DNA of 64,000 bases, from assembly GCA_034423195.1 (NCBI GenBank), contig DAOUIZ010000051.1:56174-120173 (forward strand), in the 5' to 3' direction. The translations under genes and the position numbers were made by a program. Positions 35,818-44,804 of the stretch are shown here, in pieces. Every line of letters begins with the position of its first letter. The first letter of the stretch is position 1. The notes below the pieces were generated by a model. It made no database searches, was not told the origin of the DNA, and saw only the letters and a list, made by a program, of their open reading frames with translations. The DNA comes from Dehalococcoidia bacterium. GTDB taxonomy: Bacteria > Chloroflexota > Dehalococcoidia > Lucifugimonadales > UBA3495.

Positions 35818-36600
35818 GTGATTTGCCCATACTGCCAGACATCCATCCCATCCCGGTCAAGCTACTGCCCAATGTGCGGCTCCGCGCAGTTCGCCCGTCC
35901 GGTTGGCCTTCCTGGTCCCGGGAGCGGTGCGACGTGGGGCTTGATGTGGCTGGGGATCGGGCTGCTCGTGGTGTTGGTCGCCGGCTTGTCCATCGCGGCG
36001 GCTATCGTCCTCATCTTGGGTGAAGGCCATCTGGCGTGGGCCGCCGTCCTGGGCAGCCTCGCCCTCGGGGTGGTGATGCTGGGGACCTCCGGGTTCATTG
36101 CCGGGGCGGGGCAGGGGTTTGCCCTTCGTCCCCTGGGGCTTTCCCTCTCCGTCTCCTCACCGCTCCGGGCCTTCGCCTGCGCCGCTCTGGCATTGGGCGG
36201 AAGCCTGGGGTTCACTGCGGGCTATTCCTGGGTTGTCACCACCCTGGACTTTGCCGCGCTGGTGCCGCCGGACATTCCTTCCGGGTTGTTCCTTCCGGGC
36301 CCGGCCGCCCTCTTGACCATTGCCGCCCTGGCCTTCTGGACCCCTCTCACCGAGGAGGCGTTCTTCCGTGGATTCGTCTTCGGCGGATTGGCGGAACGGT
36401 TCGGGTTCGTTTGGGCCTCCCTCGCCAGTGCGGCCGTGTTCAGCCTCTTCCATGCCGACCCTGGCGTGTTGCTCCCCATATTCGTCACCGGCCTCTTGCT
36501 GGCATGGCTCTACCGGCAGACCCGCTCCCTGTGGCCCGCGGTGGCGGCCCACGCGGCCCAGAACGGCATTGCCCTGTCGGCCACGCTCTGGTTTCAGTAG
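35818..36600 (+). CDS. CPBP-family (CAAX) intramembrane protease with N-terminal zinc ribbon
   Basis: GTG start 8 nt after GGAGAAG. CPYC...CPMC ribbon. CPBP motifs TEEAFFRG, FSLFHAD, AAHAAQN. The long ORF-track N-terminal extension is rejected. Confidence 0.75.
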   Translation: MICPYCQTSIPSRSSYCPMCGSAQFARPVGLPGPGSGATWGLMWLGIGLLVVLVAGLSIAAAIVLILGEGHLAWAAVLGSLALGVVMLGTSGFIAGAGQGFALRPLGLSLSVSSPLRAFACAALALGGSLGFTAGYSWVVTTLDFAALVPPDIPSGLFLPGPAALLTIAALAFWTPLTEEAFFRGFVFGGLAERFGFVWASLASAAVFSLFHADPGVLLPIFVTGLLLAWLYRQTRSLWPAVAAHAAQNGIALSATLWFQ

Positions 36601-36727
36601 ACAAGGCCAACACGGTCGTTTACATTGGCGCCACCATCTTGGGCGCCATGCACATCACGGGAACTCCGGGGCCGGTAAGGCGTTCAACCTCCACAACCGG
36701 CCCGACTGGTTTTGGGAAGCAGGCCAA

Positions 36728-37528
36728 TTGATTGAACGAGACCGCATCAAAGAGACCTTTCAGAGAATCCGGGACGAAGACCGGACCGGCCTGATATTGT
36801 TCCTCACCCCCGGCTACCCCGACTGGGATGCGACCCGCGAGTTGGTCCCGGCCCTCGTCGAGGCCGGCGCCGACGCCATTGAGCTGAGCATTCCCTTCAG
36901 CGACCCGCTGGCCGACGGCCCCGTAATCCAGGAGTCCACCTTCCTGGCCCTGGAACGGGGGGTGACCCCTCCCGACTGTCTGGAGCTGGTGTCCGATTTG
37001 CGGGACCAGGTGCCCGACACTCCCCTGGTCCTAATGACCTACTACAATCTCATCCTGAGCTATGGAATCGGCCGTTTCGCTTCCGATGCCTCCGCCGTCG
37101 GCGTGGACGGGTTGATTGGAGTGGACATACCCATTGGCGAGACCCGTCCACTGGAAGAGGTGTGCCGGCCCAGGGGCGTCCACCTCGTCCCGCTCCTTGC
37201 CCCCACCAGCACCGAGGCCAGCGTCGAGGAATCCGCCCGGAGCGCCACCGGGTTCATCTATTGCGTCAGTTTGACCGGCATTACCGGCGAACGCGACCAG
37301 GTGTCTACCCGGAGTTTCGAGCTTCTCGACCGGGTACGCGCGTATTCCGACGTCCCCCTGGCTGTCGGATTCGGCATCTCCCGCCGCGAGCATGTCGAAG
37401 CCGTCTGCCGCCACGCCGACGCCGCCGTCGTCGGTAGCGCCCTTGTTCGGGTGATGCTAGAATCCCCCCGGGAACAGTTGGTTTCCCGGGCCGTCGGGTT
37501 GTGTCGGGAGTTGGCGGGCCGGGGATGA
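36728..37528 (+). CDS. trpA: tryptophan synthase alpha chain
   Basis: GADAIELSIPFSDPLADGPVIQ and YCVSLTGITG motifs. TTG start gives 266 aa. No trpB is adjacent. Confidence 0.88.
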   Translation: MIERDRIKETFQRIRDEDRTGLILFLTPGYPDWDATRELVPALVEAGADAIELSIPFSDPLADGPVIQESTFLALERGVTPPDCLELVSDLRDQVPDTPLVLMTYYNLILSYGIGRFASDASAVGVDGLIGVDIPIGETRPLEEVCRPRGVHLVPLLAPTSTEASVEESARSATGFIYCVSLTGITGERDQVSTRSFELLDRVRAYSDVPLAVGFGISRREHVEAVCRHADAAVVGSALVRVMLESPREQLVSRAVGLCRELAGRG

Positions 37529-37598
37529 CGGCTGACTGGGTGTGCGCGGACCGCCGCGCCGGTTAACTCCACTTCATACTGGGAGGCGCCGAACAACG

Positions 37599-37976
37599 AT
37601 GGCAGCTTGTCTGGGAATCAGGGGTGCGACCAGGGCGGACGAAAACACCGACGTCGCCATCTACGCCGCCACCCGGGAACTGCTGGCGGAGGTCATCGAA
37701 GCCAACAGTTTGGAGGAGGACAACGTCGCCGCCGTCTACTTCACCGTTACCCCGGACCTGAACGCAGCTTTCCCGGCTGCCGCGGCACGCCAGTTGGGTT
37801 GGAACAGCACCGCCCTCATGTGCGCCACCGAAATTCCCGTCCCGGACAGTCTCCCCCGCTGTGTCCGCATCATGGTGCTGTACAATACCGAAAAGTCGAA
37901 GGACGAGATAGTAAACGTCTACCTCCACGGCACCGAAGCCCTACGCATGCACGGCCTCGAAACCACCCCGTCATAA
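37599..37976 (+). CDS. aroH: AroH-class monofunctional chorismate mutase
   Basis: GIRGATRADENT..., FTVTPDLNAAFPA and CVRIMV align with the B. subtilis AroH pattern. ATG lies 12 nt after GGGAGG. Confidence 0.88.
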   Translation: MAACLGIRGATRADENTDVAIYAATRELLAEVIEANSLEEDNVAAVYFTVTPDLNAAFPAAAARQLGWNSTALMCATEIPVPDSLPRCVRIMVLYNTEKSKDEIVNVYLHGTEALRMHGLETTPS

Positions 37977-38003
37977 CCCCCCCGGCCTCTTCCTTCATAC
38001 GCC

Positions 38004-39233
38004 TCACTCCTCCTCCACCAACCCCTGGGCGTACTCCAGCAGCTCCCTCTGCCGTTCCTCGCCGACACTCCGGTTCTCCAGGAAAAGCTTTAACGCCTGC
38101 ATGGGTTGAAGGTCTTCAGCCTCGTCTCCGGCCAGCCTCGTCCTTCTGTCCCCGGTCACTTCCCGGTTGATGGCCGCGATGAAGTGGGCTCCGGCCAGGG
38201 ATTGTCGCAGTTCCTGCTCCCTCAGCAGCGGCGCAGCTTCCGGAGGCAGCGAAATCCGTACCCGCACAACCGCATCGTCCGTGCTCGTGGACGCGATCCT
38301 TCGGAGAGCGGTTCCCGTTGGGTCCGGGTCCCCGGGCTCGATCCTCACATCGACCGTCGCGAATTTGCGTGCCTGGACATCGTGGAACTGGAAGTCAACC
38401 ATCCTCTGTCCCTGGGGTAGGTCCGGGTCCAGGTCAATCACGCAGTACCCCTTTCGGTCCCCTTCCTCGCTGAAGTCCACTCGCTGGATGCTTCCTGAAT
38501 AGACCACCATGGGCGGGTCCCGCCTCAGCACCTGGTGCTTGTGGATATGTCCCAGCGCCACGTATTCCAATTGGGGCCGGTGAACGGTGCTGACCAGCAG
38601 CGTGTGATCCTGCCCGAGCATCATGGACCGTTCCGTACCCACGACGGCCCCATTCATGGTGGCATGGGCCGTGAGAATTGCCGGCACGCCTGGATCAAGA
38701 TCGTCGATTCGGTCGTAGATGGCCCGGGTCAACCGGTCCTCCAGCATCTCCCGCACTTCGTCTATGGACAGGCCCCGGGTCTCCTCCCTGCTCAGGATCG
38801 CGCCCCGCCGCGGCCAGGGCACGGCCACTATCTGGAGCGGCCCGCTGCGGGTGGCGACGGTGGTTGTCTCCAGCCTGTCCCCCACGAACACATTCGGCAC
38901 GTCGAGGACCGGGAATATCTCCACCGCGGTAGCCCGGCTGGCCGCGTTGGGAAGGTCGTGGTTGCCAACCAGCAGGAATGTTGGTATCCCCGCCTCCGAG
39001 AGGGTTCTCAGCCTGCGGGCGAACTCCCGCTGGTGTGTCTGCGAGGGGTCTCTTCCCTTGTAGATGTCTCCGGCGAACAGCACGAGGTCCGCCCGGTTGT
39101 GCAGGGCGAAGTCCACCACTTCATCCAGCGCCCCGAGGAAGTCCAGCAGCCTCGTGGACAACCCTGTGGCCGGGTCTATGGTGCCGTAGTTCTCCACCCC
39201 CAGGTGTAAATCTGATGTGTGAACAATGCGCAT
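38004..39233 (-). CDS. sbcD: exonuclease SbcD (Mre11-type nuclease)
   Basis: MRIVHTSDLHLG, LVLFAGDIYKG, LLVGNHD and GHIH motifs. Start trimmed to MRIVH. Confidence 0.9.
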   Translation of the reverse strand: MRIVHTSDLHLGVENYGTIDPATGLSTRLLDFLGALDEVVDFALHNRADLVLFAGDIYKGRDPSQTHQREFARRLRTLSEAGIPTFLLVGNHDLPNAASRATAVEIFPVLDVPNVFVGDRLETTTVATRSGPLQIVAVPWPRRGAILSREETRGLSIDEVREMLEDRLTRAIYDRIDDLDPGVPAILTAHATMNGAVVGTERSMMLGQDHTLLVSTVHRPQLEYVALGHIHKHQVLRRDPPMVVYSGSIQRVDFSEEGDRKGYCVIDLDPDLPQGQRMVDFQFHDVQARKFATVDVRIEPGDPDPTGTALRRIASTSTDDAVVRVRISLPPEAAPLLREQELRQSLAGAHFIAAINREVTGDRRTRLAGDEAEDLQPMQALKLFLENRSVGEERQRELLEYAQGLVEEE

Positions 39234-39361
39234 CAGTGGCCCCTGTCCTCCCCTTGACCTCCCGCCAATCTCCTGCAATCAGCCTGCTTGCAGCGGAATA
39301 TACCGGACTCCCACCGGTTTGGTAAGGTCTCCCGGGGCGGCCTGGACAGCCCCGGCCCGCG

Positions 39362-39390
39362 TTGACAAGATTTCATTGCCTGCCTAGAAT
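39362..39390 (+). promoter_or_regulatory. sigma70-like promoter
   Basis: TTGACA (39362-39367), 17-nt spacer, TAGAAT (39385-39390). Confidence 0.5.
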
Positions 39391-39438
39391 CGAAAATCGA
39401 TGAGCCCGACACAACGAAAAGTTAGGTAATCAATCGCT

Positions 39439-40137
39439 ATGACGTTGATGCGGCAGCTGTTTTCCCTTCAGGAATTGGACTTGGCTCTGGACAGTGTGCG
39501 GAGCCGGAAAGCCCGGGCCGAAGAAGAGTTGGAAACCAGGTTGACCCTTGGCAAGATCGAGCAAGGTATCGAAGAGGAGCAGGCCAAGCTGGAGGAAGTC
39601 CAGGCTACCCATCGGGACCAACAGTTGGAGGCCGAAACCCTCCGGGAGCGCGTCGGCCACCTGGAAACCCAGTTGTTTGGCGATACCGCCAATCCCAGGG
39701 ACCTGGAGGTTCTGCAGCTTGAGGTCAACAACGTGAGGGCCCAGGTTGACCAGAAGGACTTGCAGCTTCTCGAACTCTCCGTTCGCGCCGACGATGGCCG
39801 GCGCCGCATTTCCGCGTTGCAGGAAGAATTGACCGAGGCCCGGGAGTCCTGGGAACTGCGCCAGGCTGAACTCCTGGAGGAAGTTGCCGTCTTGGCTGAG
39901 GAGGAAACCGGCTTGGCGGCACAGCGCACCGAGCTGGCCCAAACCCTCGATCAAGCCGAGGTCATGAAATACGACACCCTGCGCCGCAGCAAGGGAGGCA
40001 CCGCCGTCGCCAAGGTGGAACGGGGTTTGTGCCAGGGTTGCCGGATGTCCCTCCCCACCCAGCATTTGCAGCGGGTTCGCTCTGGCCGCTATACCGTCAA
40101 CTGCAGCAGTTGCGGAAGGATGCTCTTCCCCGGATAG
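39439..40137 (+). CDS. COG1579-type coiled-coil protein with C-terminal C4 zinc ribbon
   Basis: Long heptad-like Leu/Glu/Gln region, then CQGCRM...CSSCGRMLF. Confidence 0.8.
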   Translation: MTLMRQLFSLQELDLALDSVRSRKARAEEELETRLTLGKIEQGIEEEQAKLEEVQATHRDQQLEAETLRERVGHLETQLFGDTANPRDLEVLQLEVNNVRAQVDQKDLQLLELSVRADDGRRRISALQEELTEARESWELRQAELLEEVAVLAEEETGLAAQRTELAQTLDQAEVMKYDTLRRSKGGTAVAKVERGLCQGCRMSLPTQHLQRVRSGRYTVNCSSCGRMLFPG

Positions 40138-40176
40138 CCCCCTCCCAGAGGGTGCGTGGCAAATACTCGGTGCCAT

Positions 40177-40296
40177 CCCGTCATTCCAGCGCCGGGCTCC
40201 GTGCGACAGCCGCTGGCGTTCAGACAAGCCTGCCCCCGCGCAGGCGGGGTTGCCTTGCGCCGACGGGGAGTCGCGACAAGGGGATCCAGACCCCCG
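40177..40296 (+). repeat. diverged, expanded copy of the core of the 15.8-kb element
   Basis: Shares CGTCATTCC ... CCGCGCAGGCGGG ... ATCCAGACCCCCGTC with 15807-15843, but extra sequence is inserted on both sides of the gcag-loop hairpin. Confidence 0.4.
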
Positions 40297-40454
40297 TCTG
40301 GTCCCCGTTCCGTGCGTTTCCAACTTCGGACAGTGCGTTCTCATACTCTTCAAGCGGCAATCTCTCCTCCAGAGACTGGTCTACCCTCCTTTCGGTTGTC
40401 GTGTCCCCCGGCAGATAAAGGCTTGGCCGAAATTTTTACTTTTCTCAAATTCTT

Positions 40455-40483
40455 TTGACCCTCTCCCTCCCTTGTGCTAAAGT
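40455..40483 (+). promoter_or_regulatory. sigma70-like promoter of rnpB
   Basis: TTGACC (40455-40460), 17-nt spacer, TAAAGT (40478-40483). Ends about 5 nt before the predicted P1 helix. Confidence 0.5.
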
Positions 40484-40487
40484 CCTT

Positions 40488-40970
40488 GGCGGGGAGTCGG
40501 CGGGACCGGGTGGCCGCCGTCTCGTAGGATCGGGAGACCGGTCCGGCGGGAGGGAGGAAAGTCCGGGCTCCACCGGACAGGGTGCTGGGTAACTCCCAGG
40601 CTTCCGGCAGCGCCGGGAGACGGAAAGTGGCACAGAAACATACCGCCTCCAGTTCGAAATGGGAATGGGACAGGGGCTTACTCGAGCAACGGCGGGGACT
40701 GGCGGTAAGGGTGAAATCGGACGGTAAGAGCGTCCGGCCGTTGGCGGCGACGCCGCGGCGGCCAAACCCCACCTGGAGCAAGGCCGAATAGAGGGGCTAT
40801 GGGTGTCCGGCCCGCCCCCGGGTTGGCTGCTCGACCCCGATGGCAACATCGTACCCCTTTGGTGGTTTCCGTCATCCCCCTGGATGGCGGAGGGCTAGAT
40901 AGATGGTCACCACTCCGGCTCCGTGAGGGGCCGGGGGTTACAGAACCCGGCTTACAGGTCTCTCCGGCTC
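40488..40970 (+). ncRNA. rnpB: RNase P RNA, bacterial type A
   Basis: Universally conserved blocks present: GAGGAAAGTCCGGGCTCC, ACAGAAACATACCGCC, GGTAAGGGTGAAA, GGAGCAAGGCCGAATAG, GGCTAGATAGATGG, ACAGAACCCGGCTTAC. P1 pairing GGGGAG (40491-40496) with CTCTCC (40960-40965). End coordinates are accurate to about 10 nt. Confidence 0.9.
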
Positions 40971-41127
40971 CCTTCTTGCCAACTGGCCCGTGTCCATCGG
41001 GATGGCAACCGGAATAGCAACGATGACCGTGCCGCCGGGTTCGGCTCCGGCAGACTCGTACCCGGTGCCGGTTTCCCTAATTTCTAATGTAGATGTAGAT
41101 GCGCCCGCGCACCTAGGAGGAACATTT

Positions 41128-41898
41128 ATGGTCCGCCCCAACCGAACCAAGGCAAAACTCCTGGCCGGCGAAGTGGCCCTGGGAGCCAACCTGAATTTCT
41201 ATGCTCCCATCATCGCCGAACTTTACGGGGTGATGGGGTTCGACTGGATTTGGATTGACTGTGAGCATGGCTCGTCCAATGACTCCGAATCCGAAAACGT
41301 CATCCGGGCTGCGGAGCTCTACGATCTCACTCCCATTGTGCGGGTTCCCAACGCCGAGCCGTCAACCCTTCTCCGGTTCCTGGACCGCGGCGCCCAGGGG
41401 CTCATCGTTCCCCATATTTCCACGAAGGAGGAAGCCGAGGCTGTCGCTCGCGCCTCTCACTACCATCCCATGGGCGACCGCAGCAGTGCGACTGGCGGCC
41501 GCACCAACCGCCTGGGCAGCGGTCTTTCTCCGGCCCAATACTACGAAGCCGCCAACCGGGAAACCCTCATTATCACCATGATTGAAACCCCCGAGGCGGT
41601 GGACAACGCCCGCGACATTGCCTCCGTCCCCGGGGTTGACGCCGTCCTGGTGGGCAGCAGCGACCTCACCCAGGCCATGGGGATGCCCGGCCCCGCCGAG
41701 GTAGACGCGGCCATAGACCGGGTGATCGCCGCGGCCAAGTCTGCCGGCAAGGTGGTTGGCGTGGCCGGCGCGGGAATGACCGTCACCAACCTCGACCGCT
41801 ACAAACACTTTGCCTCTCAAGGCGTCCAGCTGCTGTCCGCCGGAGTCCAGGACTTCATCCGGCAAAGCGGAGGAGAGTTCCTTGCTGCCCTCCGTTAG
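41128..41898 (+). CDS. HpcH/HpaI-family aldolase/lyase
   Basis: ATG 7 nt after AGGAGG. FDWIWIDCEHG, IVRVP and GLIVPHI motifs. Confidence 0.88.
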   Translation: MVRPNRTKAKLLAGEVALGANLNFYAPIIAELYGVMGFDWIWIDCEHGSSNDSESENVIRAAELYDLTPIVRVPNAEPSTLLRFLDRGAQGLIVPHISTKEEAEAVARASHYHPMGDRSSATGGRTNRLGSGLSPAQYYEAANRETLIITMIETPEAVDNARDIASVPGVDAVLVGSSDLTQAMGMPGPAEVDAAIDRVIAAAKSAGKVVGVAGAGMTVTNLDRYKHFASQGVQLLSAGVQDFIRQSGGEFLAALR

Positions 41899-42075
41899 GA
41901 TGGTTTGCTAAGAGCCTTTGTTTAGAAGCGTTTGTTTCGCTCTGCCCCGACCTTGGGGGCCTTCTCGGCGGCGGAGCTCTTCTCCCTCCCTCCGGGATGA
42001 GAAGGCCGCACTCACCGCAGTCGTTCAACCCGCCCCTGTCGAGGAACGTTCAACCCTCATCGGGGTCTCATTCTG

Positions 42076-42103
42076 TTGAGTCCGGTTGGCGCTGTGATAT
42101 AAT
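42076..42103 (+). promoter_or_regulatory. sigma70-like promoter of the nuo operon
   Basis: TTGAGT (42076-42081), 16-nt spacer ending in TGa, perfect TATAAT (42098-42103). Confidence 0.5.
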
Positions 42104-42139
42104 CCCGGCGCATTCCCGAAGGCCATTGGTGTACCGCCT

Positions 42140-42526
42140 ATGATCGAAGACTACCTGCGCCAGTACGGTCTCATTGCCATCTTCGGCGTGTTGGCCATCC
42201 TGGTACCGGCGGGTATGCTTCTGGTGTCCCTGTTGGCCTCCAGGGTGGGGCTCCGTCCCAGTAATCCCACGGCGGTCAAGTCCGAAACCTACGAATGCGG
42301 CGTGGAGGCTCTCGGAGGGCCCTGGAACCAGTTCAACTTCCGCTATTACATGTTCGCCATCCTGTTCGTAATCTTCGACGTGGAGGTGGTGTTCCTCTAC
42401 CCTTGGGCAACCAAATTCCTCAAGCTGGAACTGTTCGCCCTGATCGAGATGGCCGTGTTCGTGCTGATCCTGCTGGCCGGCTGGGCCTACGCCTGGCGGA
42501 AGAAGGACCTGGAGTGGCGCAGCTAG
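42140..42526 (+). CDS. nuoA: NADH-quinone oxidoreductase subunit A
   Basis: 128 aa, three TM helices, YECG and FDVE motifs. Confidence 0.92.
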   Translation: MIEDYLRQYGLIAIFGVLAILVPAGMLLVSLLASRVGLRPSNPTAVKSETYECGVEALGGPWNQFNFRYYMFAILFVIFDVEVVFLYPWATKFLKLELFALIEMAVFVLILLAGWAYAWRKKDLEWRS

Positions 42527-43168
42527 TTGCGCCAACCCCGTTTTATGGTTGATTTGACCTACAATTCGGAGCCATTGCCGTCCCGTACCTGGGACATAGA
42601 CCGCGCCGAAGGCCAGTCCGTCTCGGACCTTATCGCCGCTTCCACGGCTCCCCTGGAAGTGCCCTTCATCGAGGTCCCCGACGACCTCAAGGGCAACCTG
42701 GTGGTTACTTCCATTGACGCCCTGGTCAACTGGGGCAGGAAGTCGGCCCTGTGGCCGGTGGCCTTCGGCTTGGCCTGCTGCGCCTTCGAGATGATGGCCA
42801 CCGCCATGGGACGCTTCGACATCGCCAGGTTTGGGATGGAGGCCTTTCGCGCCTCCCCGCGCCAGGCCGACCTGATGATCGTGGCCGGCACCGTCACCTG
42901 GAAGATGGCCGTCCCCATCAAGCGCATATACGACCAGATGGCCGATCCCAAGTGGGTAATATCAATGGGAGTCTGCGCCACCAGCGGCGGGCCCTACTTC
43001 GGTTCGTACAGCGTCGTTCCAGGCGTGGACCATATCATCCCCGTCGACGTCTATGTCCCCGGGTGCCCTCCCCGGCCCGATGCCCTGCTTTACGGCATCA
43101 TGGAGCTCCACGAGAAAATCAAGAAACAGCAGAACCTGGCCCGCCGAACCGGGAACAGTGGTTCCTGA
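42527..43168 (+). CDS. nuoB: NADH-quinone oxidoreductase subunit B
   Basis: N2-cluster motifs [17 protein letters not shown] and CPPRP. TTG at 42527 or ATG at 42545. Confidence 0.93.
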   Translation: MRQPRFMVDLTYNSEPLPSRTWDIDRAEGQSVSDLIAASTAPLEVPFIEVPDDLKGNLVVTSIDALVNWGRKSALWPVAFGLACCAFEMMATAMGRFDIARFGMEAFRASPRQADLMIVAGTVTWKMAVPIKRIYDQMADPKWVISMGVCATSGGPYFGSYSVVPGVDHIIPVDVYVPGCPPRPDALLYGIMELHEKIKKQQNLARRTGNSGS

Positions 43169-43611
43169 TGACTGTTGCTGCCCTTTCCGGCGAACACCTC
43201 CGGCAGCGCCTGTCCGAGCTTTCGCCTGCGCCGGTGGAAGCCGCGGACGGCGGAGCCGTGTGGGTATCCCCGGAGAGCGTCGGCGACGTGGCAAGGTTCC
43301 TGCGGGATGACCCGGACCTGGATTTTCAGTTCCTCAACTCCATCAGCGCCGTCGATTTTGTCGATCACTTCCAGGTCGTGTACCATCTGACCTCCTTGTC
43401 CCTGGAGCACACCGGCGTTGTCAGGACCAGGCTTTACGGGCGGGACGATTTGACGCTCCCGTCGGTCTACAACGTCTGGCGCGGGGCGGACTTCCAGGAA
43501 AGGGAAATCTGGGACCTGATGGGAATCAGGTTCGACGGCCATCCCAACATGAAGCGCATTCTGCTGTGGGAGGGCTTTGAGGGCCATCCTCTGCGCAAGG
43601 ATTACCTTTAG
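43168..43611 (+). CDS. nuoC: NADH-quinone oxidoreductase subunit C
   Basis: ATG overlaps the nuoB stop (TGATG). FQEREIWDLMGIRFDGHP motif. 147 aa. Confidence 0.9.
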   Translation: MTVAALSGEHLRQRLSELSPAPVEAADGGAVWVSPESVGDVARFLRDDPDLDFQFLNSISAVDFVDHFQVVYHLTSLSLEHTGVVRTRLYGRDDLTLPSVYNVWRGADFQEREIWDLMGIRFDGHPNMKRILLWEGFEGHPLRKDYL

Positions 43612-43634
43612 GTAGCCTCGGAAAGCCGGGCGTT

Positions 43635-44804
43635 GTGACTTCCGTTTATCCTGATGAACCTTCTTCCCCCAACACCCTCCGGGCCGACAACCCCATGACC
43701 ATCCGCACCGAACCCATGACGGTCAACGTGGGGCCCCAGCACCCCAGCACTCACGGGGTGTTCCGGTTGCGCATCACCTTCGACGGGGAGGAGATTCTGG
43801 AAGTTGAGCCCGTCCTTGGCTACCTGCACCGGGGAACGGAAAAGCTGGCCGAAGAGCGCAACTACGTCCAGGTCGTCACCCTCACCGACCGGCTGGACTA
43901 CACCTCCTCCATGATCAACAACCAGGCGTACTGCCTTGCGGTGGAAAAGCTTCTTGGCGTGGAACCCCCGCCCCGGGCCAAATTCCTCAGGACCCTGGTT
44001 GCCGAACTGCAGCGCATCGCCAGTCACTTGGTGGCGGTGGGGTTCTTCATCCAGGAGCTGGGCGCCTTCGGCACCCCCCTGATGTATACCTTCCGCAGCC
44101 GCGAGCGCATCCTGGACCTGTTCGAGATGCTTTGCGGGGCCCGCATAACGGTCAGCTATATGCGTCCCAGCGGAGTGTTCTCCGACGCTCCCCCGGATTT
44201 CTGGCCTGCGCTGGCCCGGTTCCTCGATGACTTCCGCGGGGAGTTTGAAGAGCTGGAACAACTGCTGCTGGAAAATGAAATCCTGGTGGCCCGCACCCGG
44301 GGAGTCAGCCCGCTGCCCGCCGGACTGGCCATCAACTCCTCGGTCTCCGGCCCGGTGCTGCGCGCGGCGGGCGTTCCGTGGGATTGGCGGAAGATGGACC
44401 CCTATGACGCCTACGATCAGGTGGAGTTCGATGTTCCGGTGGGCACTCAGTCCGACAACTACGACCGCTTTTGGGTCAGGATGCAGGAAGTACGCCAGAG
44501 TCTTCGCATAATTGACCAGTGCGTCGAGCGGATCGAGCCAGGCCCCGTGCGTTTGTCCGGCCTTCCCCTGGTGGTGCGCCCCGAACCCGGCGCCGAGGCC
44601 TACGGCCGGGTGGAAGCGTCGAAGGGCGAACTGGGGTTCTACCTGATCAGCGACGGGGGGATTTCTCCTTACCGGTGCAAAATCCGCTCCCCGTCCCTGA
44701 TTAATCTGACCGTGACCGAACACCTCCTGGTGGGATGGAAACTGGCCGATATGATAGTCTCGCTGGGCAGCGTGGACATCAACATGGGTGAGGTTGACCG
44801 GTGA
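43635..44804 (+). CDS. nuoD: NADH-quinone oxidoreductase subunit D
   Basis: GPQHPSTHGVFRL and GYLHRGTEKL motifs. 389 aa. Confidence 0.94.
   Translation: MTSVYPDEPSSPNTLRADNPMTIRTEPMTVNVGPQHPSTHGVFRLRITFDGEEILEVEPVLGYLHRGTEKLAEERNYVQVVTLTDRLDYTSSMINNQAYCLAVEKLLGVEPPPRAKFLRTLVAELQRIASHLVAVGFFIQELGAFGTPLMYTFRSRERILDLFEMLCGARITVSYMRPSGVFSDAPPDFWPALARFLDDFRGEFEELEQLLLENEILVARTRGVSPLPAGLAINSSVSGPVLRAAGVPWDWRKMDPYDAYDQVEFDVPVGTQSDNYDRFWVRMQEVRQSLRIIDQCVERIEPGPVRLSGLPLVVRPEPGAEAYGRVEASKGELGFYLISDGGISPYRCKIRSPSLINLTVTEHLLVGWKLADMIVSLGSVDINMGEVDR

Noticed and set aside
35524-36600. Long N-terminal extensions of several track ORFs, with starts at 4068, 18712-19629, 35524, 36320, 37542, 40990, 42751, 49705, 53887 and 57239.
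   Set aside because: The extensions overlap upstream genes or intergenic promoters and carry no conserved sequence. Internal ATG, GTG or TTG starts with Shine-Dalgarno-like sequences or stop/start overlaps give family-typical lengths.
16332-41898. Reading the HMGL-like lyase, the class III CoA-transferase and the HpcH aldolase together as a 3-hydroxypropionate bi-cycle or citramalyl-CoA module.
   Set aside because: The three genes are 4-19 kb apart, in separate transcription units and among unrelated neighbours. These families are large and functionally diverse. No carboxylase or hydratase partners are present.
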